This document shows, piece after piece, positions 1 to 9,851 of a DNA stretch of 32,000 nt. The notes under the pieces are model-generated. The model worked only from the letters and a program-made list of their open reading frames with translations, made no database searches and was not told the DNA's origin. This stretch comes from Delftia acidovorans NBRC 14950 (lineage in GTDB: Bacteria; Pseudomonadota; Gammaproteobacteria; Burkholderiales; Burkholderiaceae_C). How positions within the stretch are numbered: the first letter of the stretch is position 1; the number at the start of each line of letters is the position of its first letter. The stretch spans positions 73,698 through 105,697 of the forward strand of contig NZ_BCZP01000019.1 in NCBI RefSeq assembly GCF_001598795.1, in the 5' to 3' direction. Position numbers and translations under genes: made by a program.

Positions 1-933
1 CGTGAGCCGCAGGGACAGCAGCGCCACCACGATCAGGCCCGCATCGCGCACCAGCCCCGGCAGGCCCACATGCGTGCCGGCCAGCACCAGCCCCGCATCG
101 GTGCGCCACAGGCCGCTCATCAGCACCAGGGCCACCACGGCCAGCAGCAACGCGAAGTTCACGCTGCCATCGAAGCCCAGGCGGCTGGCGCGGCCCGAGG
201 CGTCGATGCTGGGCGTGGGATCGGGCAGGTCCGCCTCGCCGGCCTTGCGCAGCAGCCAGGTGTCGATCGCGTAGAACAGCGCCAGCAGCACGCCGACCAG
301 GAACAGGGTCTCGGTGAAGATGTGGCGCACCGTCCAGAAGAAGTCCACGCCCTTGAGAAAGCCCAGGAACAGCGGCGGGTCGCCCAGCGGCGTCAGCGAG
401 CCTCCGGCATTGGAGACGATGAAGATGAAGAACACCACCACATGCACCTGGTGCCTGCGGTTGTCGTTGGCGCGCAGCAGCGGCCGGATCAGCAGCATCG
501 ATGCGCCCGTGGTTCCCATGAAGCTGGCCAGCACGGCGCCGATGGCCAGGATGGCCGTGTTCAGCCCCGGCGAGCCCTTGAGATTGCCGCGCACATAGAT
601 GCCGCCAGACACCGTGTACAGCGCCGTCAGCAGGATCACGAAGGGCAGGTACTCGGCCAGCAGCGCATGCACCAGGTTGGCCAGGGCCGCACCCGCACCG
701 AACACCGCTGCAAAGGGCAGCAGGAAGGCCAGCGCCCAGGCCGCCGTCAACTTGCCGAAATGCCGGTGCCAGAAATGCGGCGCCGCCAGCGGCACCAGGG
801 CAATCGACAACAGCATGCCCGCAAAGGGCACGCCCCAGAGCACCGACAGCTGGCCGCCATCGATCTCGGCCGCCAGGGCCCAGGAGGGCACGCAGGCGAC
901 GAGCAGCACCAACAATCCACGCAAGGCCTTCAT
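1..933 (-). CDS. ArsB/NhaD-superfamily permease (Na+/H+ antiporter-like membrane protein), 3' end outside the window
   Basis: This gene is not in the supplied ORF track. I read plus-strand triplets from position 1 to 933 and found no TTA/CTA/TCA, so the minus frame is open throughout. The ATG is at 933-931, preceded by AGGAGA (revcomp of tctcct at about 942-947). The translation starts MKALRGLLVLLVACVPSWALA..., is strongly hydrophobic, and contains FFIFIVSNAGGSLTPLGDPPLFLGF, which is typical of this permease family. Confidence 0.75.
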   Translation of the reverse strand, partial: MKALRGLLVLLVACVPSWALAAEIDGGQLSVLWGVPFAGMLLSIALVPLAAPHFWHRHFGKLTAAWALAFLLPFAAVFGAGAALANLVHALLAEYLPFVILLTALYTVSGGIYVRGNLKGSPGLNTAILAIGAVLASFMGTTGASMLLIRPLLRANDNRRHQVHVVVFFIFIVSNAGGSLTPLGDPPLFLGFLKGVDFFWTVRHIFTETLFLVGVLLALFYAIDTWLLRKAGEADLPDPTPSIDASGRASRLGFDGSVNFALLLAVVALVLMSGLWRTDAGLVLAGTHVGLPGLVRDAGLIVVALLSLRLT

Positions 934-994
934 GGTCCCGTCTCCTCTTTGTTCTGTCTTCACTGTCCGCTCCTGGCAGCGGGCCGCGCAGCGA

Positions 995-2215
995 TCAAGT
1001 CTGTGCCGCGGGCGCCGCGATCTCGAACACCTGGCGCAGATAGGCCAGGTATTTCTCGTCGTCGCACATGCTCTTGCCCGGCGTGTCCGAGAGCTTGGCC
1101 ACGGGCTGGCCGTTGCAGCGCGTCATCTTGATGACGATCTGCAGCGGCACATGGTCGGGCGCGTCGCCCAGGTCATTGGTCAGGTTGGTGCCGATGCCAA
1201 AGGCCAGCTGGCAGCGCCCGTGGAAGCGCTGGAACAGCTCGATGGTGCGCGGCACCGTCAGGCCATCGCTGAAGATCAGCGTCTTGGTCAGCGGGTCGAT
1301 GCGGTTGGCGCGGTAGTGGGCCAGCAGCCGCTCGCCCCACTCGAACGGGTCCCCGCTGTCATGGCGCGCGCCATCGAAGAGCTTGCAGAAGTACAGGTCG
1401 AAATCGCGCAGGAAGGCCGACATGCCGTAGACATCCGACAGCGCAATGCCCAGGTCGCCCCGGTACTCGCGCGCCCAGGACTCGAAGCCGAAGATCTGGC
1501 TGTCGCGCAGGCGCGGGCCCAGGGACTGGCAGGCCTGCAGGTATTCATGGGCCAGCGTGCCCAGGGGCCGCACGCCCAGCTTCATGGCATACAGCACGTT
1601 GCTGGTGCCCGCGAACTGCCCCTCGGACTCCGCGGATGCGCCGGGCCGGCCCAGGCGTGCGCACAGCACACGCAGCACCTCTTCATGCCAGGCCCGCGAA
1701 AAGCGGCGGCGCGTGCCGTAGTCGGCAATCTTGAGCTGCTCCAGGCCCGGCTGCTGCAGCAGCGCGATCTTGGCATCCAGCCGGTGCCGGCCCTCGGGAA
1801 AATCGGGCACCGGCTGGGTGTTGCGGAAGTACACCTCGTTGACGATGGCAAGCACGGGAATCTCGAACAAGATGGTGTGCAGCCAGGGCCCGCGGATGGT
1901 GATGTCGATCTCGCCATTGGGCAGCGCCTGCACCGTGACGCACTTCTCGTTGAGGTGGAACAGGCTCAGGAAATCGACGAAATCGCTCTTGATGAAGCGC
2001 AGCGAGCTCAGGTAGGCCAGCTCTGCATCCTGGAACCGCAGGCTGCACAGCGAGCGGATCTCGGCCCGGATCTCGTTCACATAGGGCGCAAGCTGCACGC
2101 CGGGATTGCGGCACTTGAAACGGTACTCGACCTGTGCCCCGGGAAACTGGTGCAGCACCACCTGCATCATCGTGAATTTGTACAGGTCGGTATCGAGCAG
2201 GCTGGTGATGATCAT
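995..2215 (-). CDS. pncB: nicotinate phosphoribosyltransferase
   Basis: The ORF is 995..2461. The conserved PncB N-terminus [20 protein letters not shown] starts at the internal ATG (cat at 2213-2215), giving about 406 aa. The upstream 82 codons are Arg/Cys/Ala-rich and look non-coding. Confidence 0.9.
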   Translation of the reverse strand: MIITSLLDTDLYKFTMMQVVLHQFPGAQVEYRFKCRNPGVQLAPYVNEIRAEIRSLCSLRFQDAELAYLSSLRFIKSDFVDFLSLFHLNEKCVTVQALPNGEIDITIRGPWLHTILFEIPVLAIVNEVYFRNTQPVPDFPEGRHRLDAKIALLQQPGLEQLKIADYGTRRRFSRAWHEEVLRVLCARLGRPGASAESEGQFAGTSNVLYAMKLGVRPLGTLAHEYLQACQSLGPRLRDSQIFGFESWAREYRGDLGIALSDVYGMSAFLRDFDLYFCKLFDGARHDSGDPFEWGERLLAHYRANRIDPLTKTLIFSDGLTVPRTIELFQRFHGRCQLAFGIGTNLTNDLGDAPDHVPLQIVIKMTRCNGQPVAKLSDTPGKSMCDDEKYLAYLRQVFEIAAPAAQT

Positions 2216-2330
2216 GGACAGAGCCGGGCGGTAAGCGCCCAAGCGGTCAGATGGCAGACAGCTTTCGAGTGTAGGCCATCCACACGCCGCCGCGCTGCGA
2301 GCGGGCGCCTTGCATGCGCCCCGAACGCCA

Positions 2331-2792
2331 TCAACCGCGCAGCAACGGCTCCAGCACCCGGCGCAGCGCCTGCGGAATCTGGGCAGGCCGGCGCGTCTGC
2401 CGGTCCACATAGACATGGACGAAATGCCCGGCTGCGGCCGACAGCGGCTCACCCTGTGCAAACAGCCCCACCTCGTAGCGCACGCTGGAGCCGCCGATGC
2501 GGGCCACGCGGATGCCGGCCTCCACCTCCTGCGGAAAGGCCAGCGGGGCGAAGTAATTGCATTGGGTCTCTATGACCAGTCCTATCGTCTCGCCCGCATG
2601 AATGTCCAGCGCGCCCTGCTCTATCAGATGGGCATTCACCGCCGTATCGAACCAGCTGTAATAGACAACGTTGTTGACGTGCCCGTAGACATCGTTGTCC
2701 GACCAGCGCGTGCTGATGCGTCGGAATGCCGCATAGGCCGAACGGGGCTGCGGCGCGGGGCGGCTCGGGGGCGATTCATTCATGGCGGCCAT
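2331..2792 (-). CDS. acyl-CoA thioesterase, 4HBT/YbgC-like hotdog fold
   Basis: The ORF is 2331..2858. The motif [20 protein letters not shown] and the ~150-aa size fit hotdog thioesterases. The start is ambiguous: ATGs at 2858, 2792 and 2783 are all in frame. Confidence 0.75.
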   Translation of the reverse strand: MAAMNESPPSRPAPQPRSAYAAFRRISTRWSDNDVYGHVNNVVYYSWFDTAVNAHLIEQGALDIHAGETIGLVIETQCNYFAPLAFPQEVEAGIRVARIGGSSVRYEVGLFAQGEPLSAAAGHFVHVYVDRQTRRPAQIPQALRRVLEPLLRG

Positions 2793-2966
2793 TGTGCCGC
2801 CGGCCGAATGCGCCCTGTCCCCGGACACTGTCGCCATCACGACGCGCACTGCTGCCAATCACTCGCCAAGCGAGTAAGCATGCAAACTGAAAAATGTCGT
2901 CAAACCGACATAAAACCAATTCAAAATCAAAGACTTACAAAAAACCCACAGCTTTCCGAATTTTTT

Positions 2967-3040
2967 TGCTGCACCGCAGCATCAGGTACTTGATTCCTTT
3001 TTTGCAATCCCTACAATAAGACCCATGCTGCACTGCAACA
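2967..3040 (+). promoter_or_regulatory. candidate phasin promoter flanked by two palindromic operators (PhaR-type hypothesis)
   Basis: TTGATT (2990-2995), a 16-nt spacer, then TACAAT (3012-3017). A perfect palindrome TGCTGC-ACC-GCAGCA lies at 2967-2981 and a near-copy TGCTGC-ACT-GCAACA at 3026-3040. All of this sits in an unusually AT-rich stretch 76-150 nt upstream of the phasin ATG. Confidence 0.45.
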
Positions 3041-3115
3041 TGACACTCAGTCAGGTCAGCGCAGGCAATTCCCCGTAACCCGAGACCCCTGTGGTCCGTT
3101 TTTCTGGAGACTGAC

Positions 3116-3664
3116 ATGAGCTTGACCCCTGACCAAATCCTGAGCGCACAAAAGGCCAACCTGGAAACCCTGTTCGGCCTGACGAGCAAGGCCTTCGAAG
3201 GCGTTGAAAAGCTGGTGGAACTGAATGTGACCGCCTCGCGCGCCGCACTGACCGAAGCTGCCCAGCACACCCAGGCTGTCCTGAGCGTCAAGGACGCACA
3301 GGAACTGCTGTCGCTGCAGGCCAACCTGTTCCAGCCCCTGGCTGAAAAGACCGCTGCCTACAGCCGTCACCTGTACGACATCGCCAGCGGCACCGGCGCC
3401 GAACTGGCCAAGACCTTCGAAAGCCAGGCTTCCGACCTGCAAAAGAACTTCAGCGCCCTGGTGGACACCACGGCCAAGAACGCACCCGCCGGTTCCGAAA
3501 CCGCCGTTGCCGTGATGAAGAGCGCCGTGTCGGCTGCCAACAATGCCTTCGAGTCGGTGCAAAAGGCCGTCAAGCAGGCTTCGGACCTGGCGGAAGCCAA
3601 CTTCACGGCCGTGACCAACACCGCCAACGAAGCCGTCCAGTCGGCCCAGACCCGCAAGCGTTGA
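3116..3664 (+). CDS. phaP: phasin (PHA granule-associated protein)
   Basis: 182 aa, Ala/Leu/Gln/Glu-rich helical protein. The N-terminus [37 protein letters not shown] is typical of the betaproteobacterial phasin family. SD GGAGA lies 6 nt upstream of the ATG. Confidence 0.9.
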
Positions 3665-3797
3665 TCACGCTGTCTTACAACGGGGCTGCGTGCAAGAATC
3701 AGTGATTACCCGCATAATTGCACGCATCCCGGGTCGAAAGACCTGACCAGTTGTCTCCTTGGATCCTCTTGAAACCCCCGTTTCTGGATCCTTTCAA

Positions 3798-3824
3798 ACC
3801 CAGTCTTTGGACTGGGTTTTTTTT
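3798..3824 (+). terminator. rho-independent terminator
   Basis: Stem CCCAGTC / GACTGGG with loop TTTG, followed by T8 (3817-3824). It lies 134 nt downstream of the phasin stop. Confidence 0.7.
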
Positions 3825-3953
3825 CGCGCGCCATGGCTCGCGGCCCACCAGGGACCACCGCGCACAAGCCCTTAGACGGGCCCCACCCTTTATTAAGAAC
3901 AATTCGCGTTTGACCTATCATCGCGCTTTGCCAACAAAGAGAGGCCTGTCTTC

Positions 3954-5000
3954 ATGTCGAAATCCCTGAAAGCCCTGTTTGCCGCTTGCGCCCTGGTGGC
4001 TGCCGGCACAGCCATTGCCGACTCCCAGGTCGTCAACCTCTATTCCGCGCGCCACTACTCCACGGACGAGGAGCTGTACAACGGCTTCACCAAGGCCACC
4101 GGCATCAAGATCAACCGCGTGGACGGCGACGACGCCGGCATCATTGCGCGCCTGAAGGCCGAGGGCCAGGCCTCGCCGGCCGACGTGATCCTGCTGGTCG
4201 ATGCCGCACGCCTGTACCGCGGCGAGGTCGATGGCCTGTTCCAGCCCATCCACTCCAAGCTGCTGGAAGACGCCATCCCCTCCAACCTGCGCGCCCAGCC
4301 CACGGCCGATGGCATCAGCTGGTTCGGCCTGTCCACACGTGCCCGCGTCATCGTCTACAACAAGGCCAAGGTCCAGCCTGCCGACGTGCAGAACTACGAA
4401 TCGCTGGCCGACCCCAAGTTCAAGGGCCAGCTGTGCATCCGCTCGGGCTCGCATCCCTACAACCTGAGCCTGTTCGGCACCGTGGTCGAGCACATGGGCG
4501 ACCAGAAGGCCGAAGGCTGGATCCAGGGCATGAAGGCCAACCTGGCCCGCCCGCCCAAGGGTGGCGACACCGACCAGATCAAGGCCGTGGCCTCGGGCGA
4601 ATGCACCATCGGCGTGACCAACAGCTACTACCTGGCGCGCATGATGCGCTCGGGCAAGCCTGAGGACCAGGCCGTGGTCGGCAAGATCGGCGTGGTCTTC
4701 CCCAACCAGTCCAGCTGGGGCACGCACCTGAACATCGCGGGCGGCGCCGTGGCACGCCATGCCAAGAACAAGGACAACGCCGTCAAGTTCCTGGAGTACC
4801 TGGCCAGCCCCGCCGCCCAGAACTACTTTGCCAACGGCAACAACGAGTGGCCCGCAGCCAAGGGCGTGGAACTGGACAACCCTGCCCTCAAGGAGATGAC
4901 CGGCGGCAAGCCCTTCAAGAGCGAGACCATCCCGATCACGGCCGTGGGCAAGAACATGACCAAGGTCCAGCAAATGCTGGACCGTGCCGGGTTCCAGTAA
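3954..5000 (+). CDS. periplasmic Fe(3+)-binding protein of an ABC importer (FbpA/AfuA-like)
   Basis: 348 aa with a signal peptide MSKSLKALFAACALVAAGTAIA. Contains VNLYSARHY, GLSTRARVIVYN and GVTNSYYLARM (Tyr-Tyr iron-ligand region), typical of the ferric-binding-protein family. SD AGAGAGG is upstream. Confidence 0.85.
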   Translation: MSKSLKALFAACALVAAGTAIADSQVVNLYSARHYSTDEELYNGFTKATGIKINRVDGDDAGIIARLKAEGQASPADVILLVDAARLYRGEVDGLFQPIHSKLLEDAIPSNLRAQPTADGISWFGLSTRARVIVYNKAKVQPADVQNYESLADPKFKGQLCIRSGSHPYNLSLFGTVVEHMGDQKAEGWIQGMKANLARPPKGGDTDQIKAVASGECTIGVTNSYYLARMMRSGKPEDQAVVGKIGVVFPNQSSWGTHLNIAGGAVARHAKNKDNAVKFLEYLASPAAQNYFANGNNEWPAAKGVELDNPALKEMTGGKPFKSETIPITAVGKNMTKVQQMLDRAGFQ

Positions 5001-5020
5001 CCCCCATCGCGCCCATCACC

Positions 5021-5045
5021 AGCCCGGCACTGCCGGGCTTTTTCT
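5021..5045 (+). terminator. rho-independent terminator
   Basis: AGCCCGG-cact-CCGGGCT hairpin followed by TTTTT, 21 nt after the stop at 5000. Confidence 0.7.
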
Positions 5046-5131
5046 TGGGCGCGACATGGCTGCGGCCGGGGCTGCATGCATAATTTGAGAGTTACGTTTA
5101 CGTCAACGTCAGATAACCAAGGAGACATTCC

Positions 5132-5890
5132 ATGCAGATCAAGGACCGGGTATTCATCGTCACGGGCGGCGCCTCCGGGCTGGGCGAAGGCACGGCGCGC
5201 ATGCTGGCGGCCGAGGGCGGCAAGGTGGTGATTGCCGACATGCAGGCGGACAAGGGCGAGGCCGTGGCGCGCGAGATCGGTGGCGTCTTCGTCAAATGCG
5301 ACGTGAGCCAGGAAGCCGATGGCCAGGCTGTGGTGGACAAGGCCGTGAGCCTGGGCAAGCTGGCAGGCCTGGTCAACTGCGCAGGCATTGCGCCCGCCGA
5401 GAAGACCGTGGGCAAGAACGGCGCGCACAACCTGGCGCTGTTCTCCAAGACCATCACGGTCAACCTGATCGGCAGCTTCAACATGATCCGCCTGGCCGCC
5501 ACCGCCATGTCGGCCAACGAGCCCGAGAGCACGGGCGAGCGCGGCGTGCTGATCTCCACGGCCAGCGTGGCGGCCTACGACGGCCAGATCGGCCAGGCGG
5601 CGTATGCGGCGTCCAAGGGCGGCGTGGTCGGCATGACGCTGCCCATTGCGCGCGACCTGGCGCGCAACGGCATCCGCAACATGACGATTGCCCCCGGCAT
5701 CTTCGGCACGCCCATGCTGTTCGGCATGCCGCAGGAAGTGCAGGACGCGCTGGCCGCCGGCGTGCCCTTCCCCAGCCGCCTGGGCACGCCCCAGGACTAT
5801 GCCAAGCTGGTGCGCCACATTCTGGACAACGACATGCTCAATGGCGAGGTGATCCGGCTGGATGGGGCCATTCGTCTGGCGCCGAGGTGA
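5132..5890 (+). CDS. short-chain dehydrogenase/reductase, 3-hydroxyacyl-CoA dehydrogenase type-2-like
   Basis: 252 aa with TGGASGLG cofactor motif, NCAG, the catalytic YAASK, and [15 protein letters not shown]. Strong SD AAGGAGA lies 7 nt upstream. Confidence 0.85.
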   Translation: MQIKDRVFIVTGGASGLGEGTARMLAAEGGKVVIADMQADKGEAVAREIGGVFVKCDVSQEADGQAVVDKAVSLGKLAGLVNCAGIAPAEKTVGKNGAHNLALFSKTITVNLIGSFNMIRLAATAMSANEPESTGERGVLISTASVAAYDGQIGQAAYAASKGGVVGMTLPIARDLARNGIRNMTIAPGIFGTPMLFGMPQEVQDALAAGVPFPSRLGTPQDYAKLVRHILDNDMLNGEVIRLDGAIRLAPR

Positions 5891-5901
5891 AGCCCCCCCT
5901 G

Positions 5902-5951
5902 AGCGGCTGCGCCGCTTCCCCCTCTCTACGCGCTTCGCGCGGGAGGGGGAC
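5902..5951. repeat. pair of GC-rich extragenic hairpins (REP-like) between convergent genes
   Basis: AGCGGC-tgc-GCCGCT at 5902-5916, immediately followed by TCCCCCTC...GAGGGGGA (5917-5950), whose interior also contains CGCG-cttc-GCGCG. No T-tract follows. Confidence 0.35.
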
Positions 5952-6043
5952 GACACCCTAGCGGCGGGGCGGCGCGGCCGGCATAGGCCCTTGCTCGGTG
6001 TCCCTCGCGTTGGGCCGCGCCGTTTTTGGAGATACGCGCGTTG

Positions 6044-6886
6044 TCAGGCCATGGTGCGTGCAGGCTCTTTGGCCATCATCTCCAGCCCCTTGCGCAATGC
6101 AGGGAACAGGCTGTGCTGGAAGTTGTTCCAGCGCAGCTCAAGAATCGTGTCTTGGGGATCAATGTCGGTGCCCAGCACGTCGGCGATGACTTCGCCGGAG
6201 TCGATGCCGTTGTCCACGTAGTGAAAGGATGCGCCGGTCTTGAACAGGGGCGGGACCGGGCGCTGTTCCATGGTCTTCCAGTCCACGATCTTGTAGCCCT
6301 GCGCGCCATGCAGCGCGTCCAGCGTGGCACAGGCGCCCCGGCGTTCATAGGGCGACTCCAGGCGCGTGATGCCGGGGTGGATGTTGGCGATCCTGCGGTG
6401 GAACAGGGCCCCGGGCCGCACGAGCCGGTCCAGGATGACGAGCAGGCCGTCCAGCACCACCCGCTCGGCACCGAGTTGCACCAGCCTGTCCTGCAGTTGC
6501 GCCTCGAACATCTGTTTGCCCGCGGCGCGCTGCGGATCGTTCAGCGGCAGGCGCCGGTAGGAAGACGGCACGGCCATGAGCAGGTCATTGACCCTGCGCC
6601 CCTGGATGCGCAGGTCCGGCGGATAGAACCAGCGGCCGCCAGGCTGGTAGCTGAAGCCGTAGTCGCCGATCTTTTCGCGGTCGCGCGGCGAGGCCTCGTC
6701 GTCGTCGTGGATCACGGCCTCCAGGCTGTAGATATCGCCCAGCGGGGTGGTGTCCAGCAGCTCGCCCAGGTATTCGAGCGGCGACTTCATGTAGCGCGTT
6801 GCGCCCTTGTAGGCGATGTGCTGGCCGGCCTGGTCGGCGGCGGCGTTTCTCAGGGACCAGATGTAGACGAGTTTTGTCTTTGCCAT
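6044..6886 (-). CDS. N5-hydroxyornithine formyltransferase (PvdF-like, GART fold)
   Basis: 280 aa with a NIHPG formyltransferase motif (IANIHPGITRL) and a later HYVDNGIDSGEVI segment. The N-terminus MAKTKLVYIWSLRNA...YKG..RYMKS resembles PvdF as I recall it. It lies 21 nt downstream of the exporter gene. Confidence 0.7.
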   Translation of the reverse strand: MAKTKLVYIWSLRNAAADQAGQHIAYKGATRYMKSPLEYLGELLDTTPLGDIYSLEAVIHDDDEASPRDREKIGDYGFSYQPGGRWFYPPDLRIQGRRVNDLLMAVPSSYRRLPLNDPQRAAGKQMFEAQLQDRLVQLGAERVVLDGLLVILDRLVRPGALFHRRIANIHPGITRLESPYERRGACATLDALHGAQGYKIVDWKTMEQRPVPPLFKTGASFHYVDNGIDSGEVIADVLGTDIDPQDTILELRWNNFQHSLFPALRKGLEMMAKEPARTMA

Positions 6887-6907
6887 GTTCGTGGATTCAG
6901 CAGGAAT

Positions 6908-8623
<1,716 letters not shown>

Positions 8624-8724
8624 AAGGGATTCCTCTGGCGCCCGTGGGCGCATGACCTTGCAATGCCGGCGCGGCCCGGCGTTTCCTGGAGCGCGGCGCA
8701 CGGCGAGCGCTCCCTACTCCCTGC

Positions 8725-8752
8725 AAGACGTGCGTGCGCCAAAAATGTTCAC
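8725..8752 (-). promoter_or_regulatory. candidate ECF-sigma promoter P1 (exporter-formyltransferase operon)
   Basis: The minus strand reads GTGAAC-ATTTTTGGCGCACGCA-CGTCTT, with exactly 16 nt between GAAC and CGTC. It lies about 100 nt upstream of the 8623 start and is one of three copies of the motif. Confidence 0.5.
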
Positions 8753-8762
8753 CGCCCAGGCG

Positions 8763-8790
8763 ATGAACAAATTCCGCCGCCCTGCGTCAT
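8763..8790 (+). promoter_or_regulatory. candidate ECF-sigma promoter P2 (hydrolase gene), back-to-back with P1
   Basis: ATGAAC-AAATTCCGCCGCCCTG-CGTCAT with a 16-nt spacer, about 80 nt upstream of the ATG at 8869. Its -35 box lies 11 nt from the divergent P1 -35 box (GTTCAC-N11-TGAAC). Confidence 0.5.
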
Positions 8791-8868
8791 CACGAAGAAG
8801 GGGCAGCGCGGGCGCCATGCCCTGCACCGGCCCGCCCTGCCTTGTCTGCCGCACACCCGAAGGACGCC

Positions 8869-9834
8869 ATGGCTCTCCACCCCGACCTGCAAGCATTTCT
8901 TGAACTCGCCAACGCCCAGGCATCCAGCCGCCCGCGCATGAGCCAGATGACGGCAGCGCAGGCGCGCGCCGCCTACGACAACGCCACGCTGGCGCTGGAC
9001 CTGCCGGGCGACGATCTGCCCACCGAGGACCTGGATCTGCCCACGCGCGACGGCGCGCGTATCCGTGCCCGGCTCTACCGCGCAGCCCCTGAACACACAG
9101 CCGCGCCCTGCCTGCTGTTCCTTCACGGCGGCGGCTACGTGCTGGGCGGGCTCGACTCGCATGACAGCCTGTGCCGCAGCCTGGCGCTGGGCACGCCCTG
9201 CAATGTGCTGGCCATCGACTACCGGCTGGCGCCAGAGCACCGCTTTCCCACAGCCTTCCTCGACGCACAGGACGCCCTGGCCTGGCTGCTGGAGCACGGC
9301 GGCCGCCATGGCCTGGACGCGCAGCGCCTGGCCATTGGCGGCGACAGCGTCGGGGGCACGCTGGCCACGGCCCTGTGCATCGCCGCACGCGACGCGGGCA
9401 TGCCCCAGCCCTTGCTGCAGTTGCTGCTCTACCCCTGCACGGCAGCGCAGCAGGACAGCGACTCGCATGCGCGCCTGGCCACCGGCCATCTGCTGGAAGG
9501 TGACACCCTGGCCTGGATGTTCGGCCAATACCTGCGCAGCGATGCGGACCGGCAGGACTGGCGCTTTGCCCCCCTGCAGGCATCCGACCTGGGCCGGCTG
9601 GCCCCCACGCTGATGGTGCTGGCCGAGTACGACCCGCTGATCGACGAAGGAAAGCGCTATGCCGAGCGGCTGCAGGCCGCCGGCGTGGCCGTGGACCTGC
9701 AGATCTACGCCGGCATGGTCCATGACTTTGCGCGGCTGGGCGCCCTCACCGAAGAGACCGAGGTGCTGCGCGACAGGCTCTGCAAGGCACTGGCCCATGC
9801 CTTCCAGGCGGCCCGCAGCCCGGCCCTGGCATGA
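8869..9834 (+). CDS. alpha/beta hydrolase fold-3 esterase (HSL family)
   Basis: Oxyanion-hole motif LHGGGY, nucleophile elbow GDSVGG, and a C-terminal GMVHDF His region. I chose the start MALHPDLQAFL (ATG 8869) because GAAGGA lies upstream. The ORF-track start at 8842 is a TTG. Confidence 0.8.
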   Translation: MALHPDLQAFLELANAQASSRPRMSQMTAAQARAAYDNATLALDLPGDDLPTEDLDLPTRDGARIRARLYRAAPEHTAAPCLLFLHGGGYVLGGLDSHDSLCRSLALGTPCNVLAIDYRLAPEHRFPTAFLDAQDALAWLLEHGGRHGLDAQRLAIGGDSVGGTLATALCIAARDAGMPQPLLQLLLYPCTAAQQDSDSHARLATGHLLEGDTLAWMFGQYLRSDADRQDWRFAPLQASDLGRLAPTLMVLAEYDPLIDEGKRYAERLQAAGVAVDLQIYAGMVHDFARLGALTEETEVLRDRLCKALAHAFQAARSPALA

Positions 9835-9851
9835 ACGGCCCTGGCATGAAC
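9822..9851 (+). repeat. perfect 15-bp tandem duplication GGCCCTGGCATGAAC x2
   Basis: Read directly at 9822-9836 and 9837-9851. Copy 1 contains the hydrolase stop codon (TGA 9832-9834). Copy 2 supplies the TGAAC -35 box of P3. Confidence 0.9.

Noticed and set aside
2216-2461. An 82-codon N-terminal extension of the pncB ORF
   Set aside because: The conserved PncB N-terminus ([12 protein letters not shown]) starts right after the internal Met at 2215. The extension is Arg/Cys/Trp-rich and would overlap the thioesterase gene.
599-2575. A 658-aa plus-strand ORF (and also 70..1131) covering the permease and pncB region
   Set aside because: It is antisense to two genes that have clear family motifs. 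Its composition is Arg/Ala/Gln-rich, and it has no SD or motif support.
3885-3935. A possible Fur box (TTATTAAGAACAATTCGCG) upstream of the Fe(3+)-binding protein gene
   Set aside because: It matches only about 7-8 of 19 positions of the consensus in any register I tried, and it has no dyad symmetry. That is too weak to call.
3918-4973. A 351-aa minus-strand ORF
   Set aside because: It is antisense to the well-supported Fe(3+)-binding protein gene. Its sequence is a Gly/Ala/Val/Asp/His repeat with no motifs.
5079-5110. CATAAT plus an ACGT-rich run (GTTACGTTTACGTCAACGTCAG) upstream of the SDR gene, considered as a possible operator
   Set aside because: It consists of short overlapping ACGT repeats with no clear dyad and no second copy in the window. 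I noted it, but there is not enough to call it a regulatory site.
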